This document shows, in pieces, positions 61,311 through 64,000 of a stretch of 64,000 bases of DNA (position 1 is its first letter; each line of letters starts with the position of its first letter). A model generated the notes under the pieces. That model made no database searches and had not been told where the DNA came from. It was given only the letters and a program-made list of their open reading frames with translations. The stretch lies in contig CM059437.1 in assembly GCA_030390025.1 (NCBI GenBank), forward strand, positions 80,352,001-80,416,000, given 5' to 3'. A program made the position numbers and the translations under genes. The DNA is from Squalus acanthias. Taxonomy: Eukaryota.

Positions 61311-64000
61311 TTAAATAGAAGTAACTCTGCCAAGTTACAATATTTTTCGAAATCTGTTTGTGAAGGAAGTTAAGGATTACTTGGAGAAAGGGAAGGGTTG
61401 CTTCTTGTAGCTTGAGAGTTTAGCTGACCATTCCGCTCTGCTATCAGTCCGTTTGCAACAACACAAAGCAGAAATGTGCTATTTTGTTCTGTCTGTCCCG
61501 TTTCCCATGGAGTTGTAAAGTAGCGAATTAAATAATGTCGGGAGGCATTGATATTGTCGCACATTTACCGAGGAATTACTAACGATGTTCTCTCGGAGAG
61601 ATGGGCATCCAGTCAATGTACTTGCTATCTTCTCTGTCTCAGTTTATTCAAGTTATCCCAAACCTTCCCCCGACCTTTTCCACATTTCATTCCGATGGTG
61701 TTCACGAAGCAAAAAAAAAACCCTGATAAATTTAAATGTACGGGTGAGAGACTGGAGCACCGGCCATGCCTCCTTAAACAACCCAATTAGTCTTCGGGGG
61801 GCCAACGAATGTAATTCTGTTGTGATGCTAAAATCAATAGTGCAATTTAATATCTCCTCCTCACTTTATGAAATATTTATGCCAATAATCTCTAGTTAAA
61901 ATGTTTAAACCTTTATGTGATCTGGGCGCGGAGTGGCGGGGGGTTGAAATTCATCCCGCAATTAGACACAAGGAAAGGGCTCCTCTTCCTCACCAGCAAC
62001 CCGATCCTCCTCAGAGAGAGAGAGAGAGACACACAGAGCGGCTTCAGTGGGAATCGGGAACTTACACACACCGAGGATATCAACGCCAAAAGGATCGGCT
62101 TCAAGTCAATAATTCCAGCTATTAATATAACAAAATAACATAGTCGCGATTTTAAATACTCCCAGGTCTGTTCTGTTGTTATTATTATTTTTGCACAATC
62201 AATTCCTTACATTACGTGTTAATTTCAAGTCAGTTTCACCCTGGCTGGAAAACAAAACCGATATTTTTTTTTAAAAGTTTCGGAATGGGAGTTAAAATGA
62301 CCCGCACAGTGTCCGAGTGCGGGAGGCAGAGGGGGATTAATGTATTGCAGTGGATTTTTTTTTTTAAGAATCTGTGCTCTGGCTCTTATGGAATGCAAGA
62401 AGCTGGAGCTAGTGATTAAATATTGATTCTGTGTAATTAGTTTTCATGTGAGCCATCCGCGTGGTGATGTTTTTAGGTATTGAGTAACATCGTCGAAATG
62501 AACTTCGACACTGAAATTATTAGTTAGGATGTGACAGGCTGGGAGAGGTTTGAACGAATTTGCATTGTGATCTAGGAGAGAGAAAGAGAACAGCGTGAAA
62601 TCTTTCCGAAAGGGAGGGGGGGGGGGGGTTGGGGGGGGGGGGACAGACATGAATCATTTTTTTTCCTCTCATTTATTTAATGCTTAAAGTTTAATAAAGT
62701 ATAGAATGGCTTAAAATACTCTTCTGGGGCTGGTGCTGAAGAAATATATTTTATGAAATAATATTTATAGATAAATATATTATCAAAACAATACAAAAAT
62801 AAACAGTCAGGTTGTAAGTCGCTAAAATTAGAATTTTTATTATTTAGTATTTTTATTGTAAAACAGCACCCCGCCCCCCCCCCCCCCTCATTCTGAGAAG
62901 TTTAACCGCAATTCCTGCCTCCCGATCAAAGTTCTTAATTCCCCATTCATTCTGAATTGTCCTGCGCCGCGATTACCTGAAGCCTTCCAGTCACTATTAG
63001 GGCGCCAACCCTAGAATATGGCTTTGGGACCTTGCTCAAGAAATGTAATAAAACATAAATACTTGTATATTTCTGCGTATCTTTAGCCGGGCGACAATTA
63101 CAGGACATAATATATATCTCTGTTCCTGAGTACAGACGCCGTTTTCTCTCCCTCCCCCCCCCCTCTCTCTCTCTCTCTGACACACACACAAAGCGCTGGT
63201 TCTTTGTGGTTTGGACGCGGATGTGAAGGTTTGCACACGTGGACATTGCCATCTTGTGGCGTTGGTCGGAACAATCCGTAGAAAGAGTGCGGCTGTGATG
63301 TTGTTTGGAACACTATTTTTCCGTGGACATTTGTGAAGGCGGAATTAAAAAAAAGAGAACGAAAAATCACGGGATGGCACCGAGAAGATGTTGCTTCACC
63401 ATCTTTGTTTTCACGAGTTGAAGGTGTCGTTCTGGGAGTTCCTGCAGCTTTACTCAGTTGTCGCACCCAGACATCTTCTAAAGGGACATGTTTAAATCCC
63501 ACTTGCTGGGCAGGGGTGGGGGGATGTTACTAATAGCACAACTTCCTGGAGTAGTTTGTCACCCAGAAGCTGGTGCAGCTGCCACCGGTGATCCACATGT
63601 GCCCGATTTTTTTAAAAAAAAACCTTCAGTAGGGCCCACACCAATATATCACTATTTGGTTAACAAATCAACCTAAATGGGCTCAAAATAAATAATTCCC
63701 CAGAGATAGATGGTATTTATCCCACAGTGCTGAGAGACTAGGGAGGAGATTTGTGAGACACTGACAATCATTAAGAGAATGTCAACGAACACGGACCGGG
63801 GGTCGGGGAGACCAGTAGATTGTAAACAGGCTAATGTGTTGCCCACATTCACAAAAACAGCGCTGTCTGTTACAGACCCATTACTTCCATTTCGTGTAAA
63901 ATAATGGAATTGATTATTAGAAGTATATTTGAGGATCACCTGCACAGCAATAACCCAGTCAACAGCAGTCAGCCTGGATGTAGCAGGGGGGAAGAATCTG

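Overview
This is vertebrate genomic DNA, most likely from a shark or other cartilaginous fish (inferred from the SacSINE1-like DeuSINE, CR1, L2 and Penelope repeat content). It holds one complete protein-coding gene, MN1, on the minus strand: coding exon 1 at 60204-56538, a 26.3-kb phase-1 intron, and a last coding exon at 30212-30031 that the ORF track misses, giving about 1282 aa. The rest is intron, 3' UTR and gene desert filled with CR1/L2/RTE LINE fragments, two SINE families, hAT-type and palindromic MITEs, and several minisatellites. The most interesting observations are: two TSD-flanked Penelope-derived mini-elements carrying minimal hammerhead-ribozyme motifs, one forming a 74-bp near-perfect hairpin with the motif on both strands; a 36-bp minisatellite that appears to have grown from a SINE tail; a 2.5-kb G-rich 15-mer array on the MN1 sense strand; an 82-bp locally copied segment at an RTE 5' junction; and an in-frame three-codon uORF (MPY*) just before the MN1 start. 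All coordinates were read by eye; repeat boundaries are approximate and family names come from recalled consensus features, not searches.
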